Assembly (NCBI GenBank): GCA_013152275.1
Contig: JAADGS010000023.1
Coordinates: forward strand, 1 to 64,000
Length of the DNA: 64,000 nt
Direction of reading: 5' to 3'
Origin: Actinomycetota bacterium
GTDB lineage: Bacteria; Actinomycetota; Acidimicrobiia; Spongiisociales; UBA4744
A program made the translations under genes and the position numbers. The notes under the pieces are model-generated. The model did no database searches, was not told the DNA's origin, and worked only from the letters and a program-made list of their open reading frames with translations. Below, in pieces: positions 10,292 through 20,461 of this stretch; the first letter of the stretch is position 1, and every line of letters begins with the position of its first letter.

Positions 10292-12675
10292 AGGTTTCCC
10301 TGCGCTGGTTGAAGGAGTTCGTCGCCGTCCCGACGGACGATCCTGCCGAGCTCGCCGAGGTGCTTGCATCGGTCGGTCATGAGGTCGAGGGGTACGAACT
10401 CTTGGAGACGGCGTTTTCGGGCGTGGTCGTCGGAAGGGTCGAGCAGATCGAGCGGCATCCCAACGCAGATCGACTTCGCTTCTGCAAAGTGTCTGTCGGG
10501 GGAGCCCCACAGGACATCGTGTGTGGAGCCGACAACTTCGAGGTCGGCGCGCTCGTGCCGGTGTCGCTCCCCGGGGCGGACCTTGCAGGGGGGCTTCACG
10601 TGGAGACTCGAACGATTCGAGGGGTGCAATCCCACGGGATGATCTGCTCGGAATCCGAGCTGGGTCTTGGTGAGCGACACGACGGGATCATGGTGCTCGA
10701 CCCCTCGACGCCGGTCGGCACGGACTTCTCGACGCTCGTGCCCTACCCGGATGTCGTCTTCGATCTCTCGATCACGCCGAATCGTGGCGATGCAATGTCC
10801 ATCCTGGGAATCGCGCGGGACCTGGCTGCCTACTACTCGCTCGATCTGACCGTGCCGGCAGTCGATCTCCAGGAACACGGCGAGGCCTCGGCGGTTTCCA
10901 TCGTGCTGGAGGATCCGGTGGGATGTCCGCGGTACGTGGGCCGCGAAGTTCGCGAGGTGACGGTGGCGGATTCCCCGCTGTGGATGCGTCTGAGGCTGCG
11001 AGACGCCGGAATCCGCTCCATCAACAACGTTGTGGATATCACGAACTACGTCCTTCTCGAGTATGGGCAGCCGTTGCACGGCTTCGATCTGGACACGATC
11101 GCCGAGGAGACGATCATCGTGCGCAGAGGTCGGCACGGAGAGAATCTGCGGACGCTCGACGGGGAAGAACACGAAATCACCTCCGAAGACCTGCTGATCA
11201 CGGATCCCGAGCGAGTGATCGCCTTCGCCGGAGTGATGGGAGGCGAAGAGACGGAAGTCGGCCCGACGACGAGGCGGGTGCTCATCGAAGCTGCCCATTT
11301 CGACGCTCCCACGGTCATGAACACGGCGAAACGACACGGGTTGCGGACAGAAGCTTCGTCCCGTTTCGAACGAGGCGTGGATCCGGACCTTCCGGCACGG
11401 GCCGCGGCTCGTGCGGCACAACTGATGGCACAACTCGCCGACGGTGTTCCCGCTCCGGGGACGAAAGACGCGTACCCGAGTCCGATCCATGAGGGAACGG
11501 TGACGCTCCCCCTCGGCGAGCCTGAGCGTCTTCTGGGGATATCCCTCCCCCGGGAGGAGATCGTCGATCTACTGGAACGGCTCGGCTTCGGCGTGCACGG
11601 AGACGATCCCTTGGATGTCACGGTGCCGACGTATCGCCCTGATGTGACACGGCCTGCGGACCTTGTCGAAGAGATCGCCCGCCTGTACGGGCTCAACCGC
11701 ATACCATCACGGCTGCCACACGGCCCCGGATCCGGACTTGGCCAATCCGCCCGGCGGGCGAGAGTGCTCCGGGCGGCTCTGGTTGGAGCGGGCCTCTCCG
11801 AAGCGTCGACGCTGACATTCCTCGCTCCGGAGGATCTCGAGAAGCTGCACGTGGACGGCACGACCCCCATTCGGGTGCGAAACCCGTTGCGTGAAGAGGA
11901 GTCGCTGCTGCGCACGACGCTGCTCCCCGGGCTGCTGAAGTCGGCACGATTCAATGCGGGCCACGGGTTCCCTTCCGTCGCCCTCTTCGAGACCGGGAAG
12001 GTGTTCATCGACACCCCGGATCGTGTCGATCCGAGAATCCCGTTTCAACCGGACACCCTGGCTTTCGTTGTCGTTGGACGATTCGGCGCCAAGACGCTCG
12101 GTGGGAAGAGCCGCCCGGCCGATTTCGCCACCGCAGGAGCCGTCTGGAGGGTGATCGAAACAGCCATGGGTCTGGAGGGAGAAGTGCGCGCGGAGCACGT
12201 CGCAGGTTTCCATCCCGGCCGCGCCGGGAGGCTGTTCCTCGACGAGCAGCCGATCGGCGTGCTCGGAGAGCTGCACCCCGGCGTGACGCGCGCCTACGGA
12301 ATCGAAGGACGTGTTGCGGCCGGCGAGTTCCGCCTGGAGAGGCTGCTCGAGACGCACGGCTTCTGGACGTTCGAGGAACCGAGTACCTATCCGCCGGTCG
12401 TCTTCGACCTGGCGTTCGAGGTGTCTGACACCGTGCCCGCCTCCGAACTCGTCAAGGTGATCAGGGTTGCAGCGGGTCCCATGCTCGAGTCGGTGCGTCT
12501 GTTCGACGAGTTTCGCGGAGGCTCGGTGCCCGAAGGCCACAAGAGTCTCGCCGTCCAGCTCACCTTCAGGTCGCCCGACACGACGTTGACGAACGAGGAT
12601 GTCCGAGAGGACCGAGGCCGCATCATCACAGCCGTAGCCGACGAACTCGGAGGGCGACTCCGAGGGGGAGCGTAA
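10288..12675 (+). CDS. pheT: phenylalanine-tRNA ligase beta subunit
   Basis: HPNADRL, ITPNRGD, RFERGVD, DLVEEIAR, C-terminal FDX-ACB domain. Confidence 0.98.
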   Translation: MKVSLRWLKEFVAVPTDDPAELAEVLASVGHEVEGYELLETAFSGVVVGRVEQIERHPNADRLRFCKVSVGGAPQDIVCGADNFEVGALVPVSLPGADLAGGLHVETRTIRGVQSHGMICSESELGLGERHDGIMVLDPSTPVGTDFSTLVPYPDVVFDLSITPNRGDAMSILGIARDLAAYYSLDLTVPAVDLQEHGEASAVSIVLEDPVGCPRYVGREVREVTVADSPLWMRLRLRDAGIRSINNVVDITNYVLLEYGQPLHGFDLDTIAEETIIVRRGRHGENLRTLDGEEHEITSEDLLITDPERVIAFAGVMGGEETEVGPTTRRVLIEAAHFDAPTVMNTAKRHGLRTEASSRFERGVDPDLPARAAARAAQLMAQLADGVPAPGTKDAYPSPIHEGTVTLPLGEPERLLGISLPREEIVDLLERLGFGVHGDDPLDVTVPTYRPDVTRPADLVEEIARLYGLNRIPSRLPHGPGSGLGQSARRARVLRAALVGAGLSEASTLTFLAPEDLEKLHVDGTTPIRVRNPLREEESLLRTTLLPGLLKSARFNAGHGFPSVALFETGKVFIDTPDRVDPRIPFQPDTLAFVVVGRFGAKTLGGKSRPADFATAGAVWRVIETAMGLEGEVRAEHVAGFHPGRAGRLFLDEQPIGVLGELHPGVTRAYGIEGRVAAGEFRLERLLETHGFWTFEEPSTYPPVVFDLAFEVSDTVPASELVKVIRVAAGPMLESVRLFDEFRGGSVPEGHKSLAVQLTFRSPDTTLTNEDVREDRGRIITAVADELGGRLRGGA

Positions 12676-12677
12676 CA

Positions 12678-13568
12678 ATGGATTTTCTGCGTATCGACGA
12701 CCTCACACCCGACGGGCTGCGTGCCGTTCTGGCCAGCGCCGAATCCGCCCGCCATGATCCGTCGGCCGTGGCCGGACGCCTCACCGGGCAATCGGTCGGC
12801 CTGTTCTTCCAGAAGCCGTCGACGCGGACCCGTGTCTCCACGGAGCTCGCATCCGCTCAACTGGGCGCGATTCCCGTCGTGCTCGGCCAACAGGAAGTTG
12901 GTTTCGGTAGCCGAGAGGCCGTCAAGGACGTCGCAGCAGTTTTGGATCGATACCTTGACGTGATTGCCATGCGGGTGTTCAAGCACGCCGACCTGGTCGA
13001 AGTGGCGGAACATGCGCAAGCTCCCGTGATCAACCTGCTCTCCGATGTGGAGCATCCATGCCAGGCTCTGGCAGATCTGCAGACCATCGCCGAGGAACGC
13101 CCCATGGCCGGTACGACGATTGCCTACGTTGGTGACGGGAACAACGTGCTTCACTCGTTGATGGTCGGTGCCGCGATGATGGAGATGAACGTTCGCATAG
13201 CGACACCTGACGGATATGAACCCGATCCCGAGTATGTCACGAAGGCCGAATCGTTCGGTGACGTGTTGATCACCAACGATGCCGAGGAGGCCGTTCGGGG
13301 GGCCGACGTCGTCTACACGGACGTGTGGGCCTCGATGGGTCAGGAAGAAGAGGCGGAGGAGCGCAGTCGCTTGTTCTCGCCGTATCGAGTCGATCTCGCT
13401 CTCTTCGAGCAGGCGGCGGAAGACGCCATCTTCCTGCATTGTCTGCCGGCACACAGGGGGAGCGAGGTCACCGACGCGGTTCTCGACCATGTTCGATCTC
13501 GGGTGCTCGATCAGGCCGAGAATCGGCTGCATACCTTCAAGGCCTTGCTCCTGCATGTGATCGAGTGA
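12678..13568 (+). CDS. argF: ornithine carbamoyltransferase
   Basis: STRTRVS, HPCQALAD, YTDVWASMG, HCLP, QAENR. Confidence 0.95.
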   Translation: MDFLRIDDLTPDGLRAVLASAESARHDPSAVAGRLTGQSVGLFFQKPSTRTRVSTELASAQLGAIPVVLGQQEVGFGSREAVKDVAAVLDRYLDVIAMRVFKHADLVEVAEHAQAPVINLLSDVEHPCQALADLQTIAEERPMAGTTIAYVGDGNNVLHSLMVGAAMMEMNVRIATPDGYEPDPEYVTKAESFGDVLITNDAEEAVRGADVVYTDVWASMGQEEEAEERSRLFSPYRVDLALFEQAAEDAIFLHCLPAHRGSEVTDAVLDHVRSRVLDQAENRLHTFKALLLHVIE

Positions 13569-14110
13569 GCACTCTGCCCGAAGGTCCGGTCGAGGAGGTC
13601 GCGAAACGTCTGCTCGGTGCCCGACTGCGGACCGAGTTCGACGGTCTCGCCACGGAAGTGATGCTCACCGAAGTGGAGGCGTACGGTGGAACCGACGACC
13701 CTGCCAGCCACGCGTTCGGGGGGGTCGGCGAGCGTAACAGGGCGATGTTCGGCCCGGCGGGCACGCTCTACGTGTACCGATCCTACGGTGTGCACTGGTG
13801 TGCCAACGTGGTGACGGGGCCGGTGGGGGTCGGGGAGGCGATCCTGCTCAGAGCCGGAGTCCCGACCGAAGGGGAGGAGACGATGCAGCGGCGCCGGGGG
13901 AGGGCGGACCATCTGTGTGACGGTCCCGGGAAACTCTGTCAGGCGCTCGGGATCACCGGGAGTCAGGATGGGACCAGTCTGTTCGAAGGACCCGTGAGGC
14001 TGCGCCTGCCTGCAGCCCCTCCGTCACAGACCGTGCTCGCCACAGGCCGCGTCGGGATCAGCAAGGCGAAGGAGCGACCGTGGCGCTTCACGATTCTCCC
14101 GTTCTCGTGA
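13565..14110 (+). CDS. 3-methyladenine DNA glycosylase (MPG/AAG family)
   Basis: TEVEAY, DPASHA, MFGPAGTLYVYRSYGVH, GPGKLCQAL; GTGA overlap with argF. Confidence 0.93.
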   Translation: MSTLPEGPVEEVAKRLLGARLRTEFDGLATEVMLTEVEAYGGTDDPASHAFGGVGERNRAMFGPAGTLYVYRSYGVHWCANVVTGPVGVGEAILLRAGVPTEGEETMQRRRGRADHLCDGPGKLCQALGITGSQDGTSLFEGPVRLRLPAAPPSQTVLATGRVGISKAKERPWRFTILPFS

Positions 14111-14152
14111 CGTTTCGTGGGAATAGTCCGATCCAAGCGTCACGAGAACGGA

Positions 14153-16543
14153 TCAAGGGTTGACCCAGAGCGTGACCGGCCTACCGGCGGACGTCCCTGG
14201 GATGGGTTCCTGCTTCCAGACGACTCCAGTTCGTCGGGCGGCATCGTTGGGGTTGGCTTCTGCTTCGGTGACGATCTCGACCGCGGCGCCGATCGCCTGC
14301 AGCTCCGAAACCGCCTGACCGACGGGAAACCCGAGCAGCGATGGGATGACCGACCCGGGCTCCGGGCCGGCGACGACGAGGCGGATGCGGCTTCCCGCCT
14401 GGGCGGGAAAGCCGGCGGATGGACTCTGGTTGAAGACCGTCCCTGGAGCGAGGGCCCCACCGTCGGTCCAAACGATACGGTTGGCGAAGCCGACAGCGGT
14501 CAACGCCTCGACGGCAGATCCGAGATCGAGTCCGATCACGTCGGGAACGGTTGCCGCGCCGGCCTCAACGACACCGGCGGGGTTGTGTACCGGGCACACT
14601 ACGGTCGGAACCTGATCGGCCGGAACGCGAATGCGCGCAACGTGAGACCTGGGGCAGTAGGGACCGGCGAGGAAACCGGTCGAGAGATCGACCTCCACCG
14701 TGACCATGCCCTCCGTGTCGGCCTCGGCGAGCCGGCCGTACGGAGTACCCGCGAGCGCCCCTGACGCGAAACGCGCCCAGATCTGTGCCGGCCACGACCC
14801 ACCGGTGATCGTGAAGGGAGTTGTCGGAGGCTCCATGGCAATCTGGCCTTCTGCAAAGCCGACCCAGACGGCTGCCGAGAGTTCCGGCGTGTAACCGACG
14901 AACCAGGCGTCACGATGTTCCTGCGACGTCCCGGTCTTTCCGGCGATCGGCCGGCCGATCTTCGCCTGCTGGCCGGTACCGCGGCGGACCGTCTCCGTGA
15001 GTGCCGCGGTGACGGACTGTGCCACCTCCTTACTCATCGCCTGTGTGACGATCGGAACGGGTTCCCAGATGTTCACGCCATCGTGTGTCTCGATAGAGGT
15101 AACGAGAATCGGATCGATGTGGATGCCATTGGCGGCGAACGTTCCATATGCGGAGGCCATGTCCAGCGGAGTGACCTCTTGAGCACCGAGGGCAATGGCC
15201 GGAAACGGCCGAAGGTTTGTCGTGATGCCTGCGGCCTTGGCGACGTCGACGACATGCTGAGCGCCAACGGCGGCGACGACCTGCGCGTACACCACGTTGA
15301 CGCTGTACACGGTACCTTCGAGCAAGGTCAGATTCGGAAACGCGGCATCGTTGTAGTTGTCCACGGTCCAGGGGCCGGAGTCGGTCTGTATCGTTATCGA
15401 CCGACCACCCTGGAACATCGACTTGAGTGTGAAGCCCTGCTCGAGGGCTGCCGCCAGTACAAAGGGTTTGAACGCCGATCCCGGTTGTCGGCGGGCCTGG
15501 ACCGCAAGATTGAACTGGGCGTGTGAGTCGGTCGGATCATAGAAGTCCCGACCGCCGACCAGTGCCAGGACGTGGCCGGTACGGGGGTCCACGGCAGCGA
15601 CCGCTGCGGACGGGTTGCCGCCCTTGATCACGGACGCCACGGCTGCGCGGGCCGCTTCCTGCGCCACCGGATCGATGGTCGTGTAGATGCGCAGACCACC
15701 TCGAAACAGCGCGTTGTAGCGGTCCTGAGGAGTCGCTCCGAGGCTCGGGTCGGCGAGGAGGCGTCGTTTGACCTCTTCGGTGAAGTACGGGAAGCGATCC
15801 TCGTTGGAGCGTTCGCGCGGTCGAAGAATCAGAGGCTCCCGGTCGGCAGCCTCGGCATCGCCAGAACTGAGCCAACCGAGTTCGACCATCTTGTTGAGCA
15901 CGACCCTGCGACGTCGCAGGGCGGCGTCGGGGTGCCGGTAGGGATCGGTGTCCGATGGCGACTGAATGAGTCCGGCGAGGAGAGCAGCCTCACCCACGGT
16001 GAGGTCGGCGGGTGCTTTGCCGAAGTAGTGCGCCGTCGCCGTGCCGACACCGTAGGCGCCGTCGCCGAAGTAGACGGTGTTGAGGTAGCGCTCGAGGATC
16101 TGCTCTTTCGTGAGCCTTTCCTCGAGGCGCAACGCGAGGGCGGCTTCGGTGAGCTTGCGATCGAGCGTGACCTCGGGAGTGAGCACGACATTCTTGAGGT
16201 ACTGCTGGGTGATGGTGGACGCTCCTTGCACGACACCACCAGCGTCGAGGTTCGCGACGATGGCACGAGCGAGAGCGTGAAGATCGACACCGGCGTGCTC
16301 CCAGTAGCGCTCATCTTCGATGGCGACCACCGCGTCGATGAGAGAGCGGGGGAGCTCGTCATAGGCGACGAGCGCCCGGTCCTCCTCCGCGTGCCACTGG
16401 GCGAGCACGGAGCCATCGGAGGCATAGACGACGGTCGTCAGGCCCCGTGTACCCAACCCGGGATCGTCGATAGGTTCCAGCCGGCACGACGCTGCGAGCA
16501 GCGCGAAGCCTGTAAGGACCAACAACCAGCGCTTCATAGCCAT
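14153..16543 (-). CDS. class A penicillin-binding protein (transglycosylase + transpeptidase + PASTA domains)
   Basis: EDERYWEH, GASTITQQ, RKLTE, SAFK, SVN, KTGT, C-terminal VPDVIG PASTA repeats; lipoprotein-like N-terminus LAASC. Confidence 0.93.
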   Translation of the reverse strand: MAMKRWLLVLTGFALLAASCRLEPIDDPGLGTRGLTTVVYASDGSVLAQWHAEEDRALVAYDELPRSLIDAVVAIEDERYWEHAGVDLHALARAIVANLDAGGVVQGASTITQQYLKNVVLTPEVTLDRKLTEAALALRLEERLTKEQILERYLNTVYFGDGAYGVGTATAHYFGKAPADLTVGEAALLAGLIQSPSDTDPYRHPDAALRRRRVVLNKMVELGWLSSGDAEAADREPLILRPRERSNEDRFPYFTEEVKRRLLADPSLGATPQDRYNALFRGGLRIYTTIDPVAQEAARAAVASVIKGGNPSAAVAAVDPRTGHVLALVGGRDFYDPTDSHAQFNLAVQARRQPGSAFKPFVLAAALEQGFTLKSMFQGGRSITIQTDSGPWTVDNYNDAAFPNLTLLEGTVYSVNVVYAQVVAAVGAQHVVDVAKAAGITTNLRPFPAIALGAQEVTPLDMASAYGTFAANGIHIDPILVTSIETHDGVNIWEPVPIVTQAMSKEVAQSVTAALTETVRRGTGQQAKIGRPIAGKTGTSQEHRDAWFVGYTPELSAAVWVGFAEGQIAMEPPTTPFTITGGSWPAQIWARFASGALAGTPYGRLAEADTEGMVTVEVDLSTGFLAGPYCPRSHVARIRVPADQVPTVVCPVHNPAGVVEAGAATVPDVIGLDLGSAVEALTAVGFANRIVWTDGGALAPGTVFNQSPSAGFPAQAGSRIRLVVAGPEPGSVIPSLLGFPVGQAVSELQAIGAAVEIVTEAEANPNDAARRTGVVWKQEPIPGTSAGRPVTLWVNP

Positions 16544-16686
16544 CCTTGATCGTCCCTCGGCCGCGACGGATCTGGGGACGATGCACCACGTGTGGGCCAG
16601 GGTACCGAGATGCCACACGAAGGCGTGGATTTGGTGCGAGGGAGTACGGGCCCGGGCCACTAACCTGCCCCTTCGAAGGAGGGCAG

Positions 16687-17865
16687 ATGCTCGACGTGCT
16701 ATTACGCGGGACGGATCGGGTGGTGACCGAGGAGGCGCTCGCGAGTCGCCTCGCAACGAAGCGGCCACTCAGAGTGAAACTCGGCCTTGATCCCACCGCT
16801 CCGGCGGTTACCCTCGGCTGGGCCGTGGTCTTGCGGAAGCTCCGCCAGTTCCAGGAATTCGGCCACACCGCCGTATTGATCGTCGGGGATTTCACCGCTC
16901 AGGTTGGCGATCCTTCCGGCAAGAGTGAAACTCGACGAAGGCTGTCGCCCGATGAGGTCAACGCGTACGCGCAACACGTGCTGGCAGGATTCCGGAAGAT
17001 CCTGCTTCCGGAACCGTTGGAGATCCGCTACAACTCGGACTGGCTCGCAAAGCTCGACATGCAGGCGATTCTCGAACTCACCTCACAGGTGACGGTCGCA
17101 CAGATGCTCGAGCGCGGGGACTTCGCCAAGCGGTACGCGACGAACCAACCGATCACGCTCATGGAGTTCGTATACCCGCTCCTGCAGGGCATGGACTCGG
17201 TTGCGGTCAATGCAGATATCGAACTCGGGGGATCGGACCAGCTATGGAACCTGATGATGGGGCGCGTGCTTCAGGAGCGCGCCGGCCAGGAACCGCAGAT
17301 TCCCATGACGATGCCGTTACTCGTCGGGACGGACGGCGTCAACAAGATGTCCCAGTCACTCGGCAACTACATCGCTATCGACGATCCGCCCGCCGAGATG
17401 TTCGGCAAGATCATGAGCATTCCCGACGAACTGTTGGTCTCGTACTTCGAACTGTGCACGGACGTCTCGGAGGAAGATGTCGCCGATATCGCCAGGGGGC
17501 TGGCCGATGGCTCGTTGCATCCGGGCGAGACCAAGCGCCGACTCGGATCCGAGATCGTGAAGATCTACTGGGGAGACGAGGAGGCCCTGGCGGCGGAGGC
17601 AGCTTTCGATCAGGTGTTCAAGCGGCACGAGGCGCCGGAAGACATTCCCGAATTCCGGCTACCGGGAGACGACCCCGTCTACCTTCCCTCTCTCTTGCGG
17701 TCTGCCGGGCTCGTGGCTTCGGCGTCGGAGGCGAGACGGCTGGTCGATGGGGGAGCCGTCAAGGTCGACGGTGAGCGGATAGGCACCTTCGAGGTCTCCC
17801 ACGCCGCGCTGCGCGGGAGGGTTCTCCAGGTCGGAAAGCGGCGTTTCGTCCGGTTGGTCGAGTGA
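16687..17865 (+). CDS. tyrS: tyrosine-tRNA ligase
   Basis: KLGLDPTAP, YPLLQGMD, GGSDQ, KMSQS, C-terminal S4 domain; SD GAAGGAGG. Confidence 0.97.
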   Translation: MLDVLLRGTDRVVTEEALASRLATKRPLRVKLGLDPTAPAVTLGWAVVLRKLRQFQEFGHTAVLIVGDFTAQVGDPSGKSETRRRLSPDEVNAYAQHVLAGFRKILLPEPLEIRYNSDWLAKLDMQAILELTSQVTVAQMLERGDFAKRYATNQPITLMEFVYPLLQGMDSVAVNADIELGGSDQLWNLMMGRVLQERAGQEPQIPMTMPLLVGTDGVNKMSQSLGNYIAIDDPPAEMFGKIMSIPDELLVSYFELCTDVSEEDVADIARGLADGSLHPGETKRRLGSEIVKIYWGDEEALAAEAAFDQVFKRHEAPEDIPEFRLPGDDPVYLPSLLRSAGLVASASEARRLVDGGAVKVDGERIGTFEVSHAALRGRVLQVGKRRFVRLVE

Positions 17866-18716
17866 CCGCCGGGACGATGGCCGACGTTCAGGCTCGGCTT
17901 CGACAGATCGTCGATCCAGAATGCGACGTAACGGCCATCGTCCAGGTGGGAAGGGGCAGCGGATGCAGCGTATCCCGCTGTCGGGTCCATACCCGTGCCG
18001 GCGAGAAGGATGTTCACATCAAGATCTACGAGCGGGGGATGGACGACTACTCCCGTCTTGGCCCGGTCGACACGGCGAAGAAACAGTTTCTTGCACTCGT
18101 CGAACTCCCCCGCTTCGGCATTCGTGTGCCGCAGGTGATCGGCATGAAGGCGTCCGCGGGCGAAGCTGCCATCGTCGTCGAGACGGTTGGCGGCGGAGAA
18201 TGGGCGCATTCCGCCCGACTCCGTGCGGCCGGGACGTTGTCGCGGCTGCATCAGATCCGCCCCGCGGATCTCTCGGAGGACTTGCAGGCGCTTGTGGGGC
18301 GTTCCTGTCCGAATAGGAACCGTGTCGCTCGGGGCGTCGCCGAGTATTGGGGGCAACTGAATCGACAGCATCCGGGTTGGCATCTCGAACGAGCCGATCT
18401 GGCTCGGAAGGCCGGGGGAGTGCTCGCATCCGAAGAGCCGGTTTGCTCGAGTCCCACACTCGTTCATGGGGATTTCTTTTCACGAAACCTGGTCACGGAT
18501 GGTGATGTCGTGGTCATCGATTGGGACCTGCTGGCCCTCGGAGATCCGATGTGGGATCTGGGCCATCTGCTTTGCGCAGATCGGTGCGTGGCCGAAGACG
18601 AACGTCGCGAGGTCCTGGCGAGCTATGGCACCGGAGCTGCACAAGCTGGTCTGCGATGGCATGAGGCCGCATGGGCAGCCTTCTGGGATCTACGGGATCT
18701 GCTCGAACTCTCCTGA
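17862..18716 (+). CDS. aminoglycoside phosphotransferase/choline kinase-like protein
   Basis: LVHGDFFSRN and VIDWD motifs, GDPMWDL. Confidence 0.8.
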   Translation: MTAGTMADVQARLRQIVDPECDVTAIVQVGRGSGCSVSRCRVHTRAGEKDVHIKIYERGMDDYSRLGPVDTAKKQFLALVELPRFGIRVPQVIGMKASAGEAAIVVETVGGGEWAHSARLRAAGTLSRLHQIRPADLSEDLQALVGRSCPNRNRVARGVAEYWGQLNRQHPGWHLERADLARKAGGVLASEEPVCSSPTLVHGDFFSRNLVTDGDVVVIDWDLLALGDPMWDLGHLLCADRCVAEDERREVLASYGTGAAQAGLRWHEAAWAAFWDLRDLLELS

Positions 18717-19006
18717 AGCGTCGACGGTGTTCACCGGGCCGGCCGCGACCAATCGGTGCCAACGCCAGATCTCTTCCATGCCCGCGCCGAAGTTCGGTGC
18801 CCGGCCGGTGTCGGTGAATGGACTCGACGGCCTCCTGGACGAGGAAGGCTTCGCCTTCCACCGGGACGATGATCGCGGGGGCGAGAGTGCGAGAATCGAT
18901 GCTTCGTCGAGCAGTGAAGGTGCGATCCGGCGGTGGCATGTTGTTCCGGCGCGGCCGGATCGAGTCGTGAGCGTCGCAGGGACGGCCCGCGAAGCACCTG
19001 AGACAC

Positions 19007-20461
19007 CTACGTCGCGGGCTGTGGCTCGAGTGCCGGCTCTTCGATCTCCCAGACTCCGGTCTCGAGGTAGTCGTTGATGGACCGTGCAGCCCTCCGGCCC
19101 GCTCCCATGGCAAGGATCACGGTTGCTCCGCCGGTCACGATGTCGCCGCCGGCAAAGACCCCGCGCTTGGTGGTCCGCCCAGTGGACTCGTCGACGACGA
19201 CGGTTCCCCGGTGTGTCTGCTCGAGATCGGGGGCCGTCTTGAGCAAGAGCGGATTTGGGGCATTCCCGATCGCCATGATGACGATCTCGACGGGCATGTC
19301 GTACTCGCTGCCCTCGATCGGCACGGGTCGACGCCTGCCGCTCTCATCGGGTTCCCCCAACTCCATCTTCTGGACACGCATTCCGGTGACCCGGGCGTTC
19401 TCGTCGCCGTATATTTCGACCGGGGCCGACAAGAGGACGAAATCGACGCCTTCCTCCTTGGCATGTTCGACTTCTTCGAGGCGGGCCGGCATTTCCTCCT
19501 CGGACCGCCGGTAGATGATCGACGCCTTCCCGGCGCCGAGCCGCAGCGGCGTGCGCACGGCATCCATGGCGGTATTGCCTCCGCCGATCACCGCCACCGC
19601 TTTGCCGCGCACGTCGAGTACCGGAGTGTCCGCCTCCGGGAGGTACGCCTTCATCAAGTTGACGCGGGTGAGGTACTCGTTGGCGGAATAGACCCCGACG
19701 AGGTTCTCACCCGGGATGCCCATGAAGCGAGGGAGACCTGCACCCACGCCGACGAATATGGCGTCGTAGCCTTCTTCGTCGAGGAGGTCGTCGAGCGTGT
19801 CGATCATTCCGATGACCTCATCGGTGCGGAACTCGACTCCCATATCTTCGAGCTGCTGGATCTCGATACGAACGATCTCTTTCGGGAGACGGTATTCAGG
19901 GATTCCGTAGACGAGCACACCGCCGAGTTCGTGCAGGGCTTCAAATACCGTCACCTGGTGACCGGCTTGTATCAGGTCGGCTGCGCACGCGAGTCCCGCG
20001 GGTCCGCTGCCGACGATCGCGACACGCTTGCCGGATGGTTCAAAGGTGCGCTTCTCAGGCTGCGAGTGCTCGCGTTCATAGTCGGCGACAAAGCGCTCGA
20101 GTGCGCCGATCGCGATCGGACGACCCTTCCTGATGAGCACACATGCACCTTCGCACTGGATCTCTTGAGGGCACACACGGCCGCAGATGGCAGGGAGTGA
20201 GTTGTCCTCCTTGATGATCTTCGCGGCTTCCAGGAAGTGACCTTCGGCCATTTCTTCGAGGAAATCCTTGATACGGATGCTGACCGGACAGCCGTCTTCA
20301 CATTTCGCCACGGGACAGAGCAGGCACCGGGAAGCTTCGAGCGTGGCGGCGGCCTCGTCGAGCCCCAGATTGACCTCTCCGAAGTTGGAGATACGCTGCA
20401 ACGGATCCTGCGCGGGCATGTCGACCCTCGGCAACTGCATCCGTTCTTTCCGACTGATCAT
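19007..20461 (-). CDS. NfnB/SudA-like flavoprotein (glutamate synthase small-subunit family)
   Basis: RCLLCPVAKCEDGCP, CGRVCPQEIQCE, GSGPAG, YGIPEYRL, GGGNTAMD, AGGDIVTGGATVILAMGAG. Confidence 0.92.
   Translation of the reverse strand: MISRKERMQLPRVDMPAQDPLQRISNFGEVNLGLDEAAATLEASRCLLCPVAKCEDGCPVSIRIKDFLEEMAEGHFLEAAKIIKEDNSLPAICGRVCPQEIQCEGACVLIRKGRPIAIGALERFVADYEREHSQPEKRTFEPSGKRVAIVGSGPAGLACAADLIQAGHQVTVFEALHELGGVLVYGIPEYRLPKEIVRIEIQQLEDMGVEFRTDEVIGMIDTLDDLLDEEGYDAIFVGVGAGLPRFMGIPGENLVGVYSANEYLTRVNLMKAYLPEADTPVLDVRGKAVAVIGGGNTAMDAVRTPLRLGAGKASIIYRRSEEEMPARLEEVEHAKEEGVDFVLLSAPVEIYGDENARVTGMRVQKMELGEPDESGRRRPVPIEGSEYDMPVEIVIMAIGNAPNPLLLKTAPDLEQTHRGTVVVDESTGRTTKRGVFAGGDIVTGGATVILAMGAGRRAARSINDYLETGVWEIEEPALEPQPAT

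Noticed and set aside
12678..13568. Lone argF as evidence of lost arginine biosynthesis
   Set aside because: Other arg genes may lie elsewhere; this cannot be judged from the window.
14101..14149. 12-bp inverted repeat between mpg and the PBP gene
   Set aside because: Most simply a hairpin between convergent genes.
16560..16686. T-box upstream of tyrS (or pheS)
   Set aside because: No T-box consensus, and the -10-like boxes are close to the starts, leaving no room.
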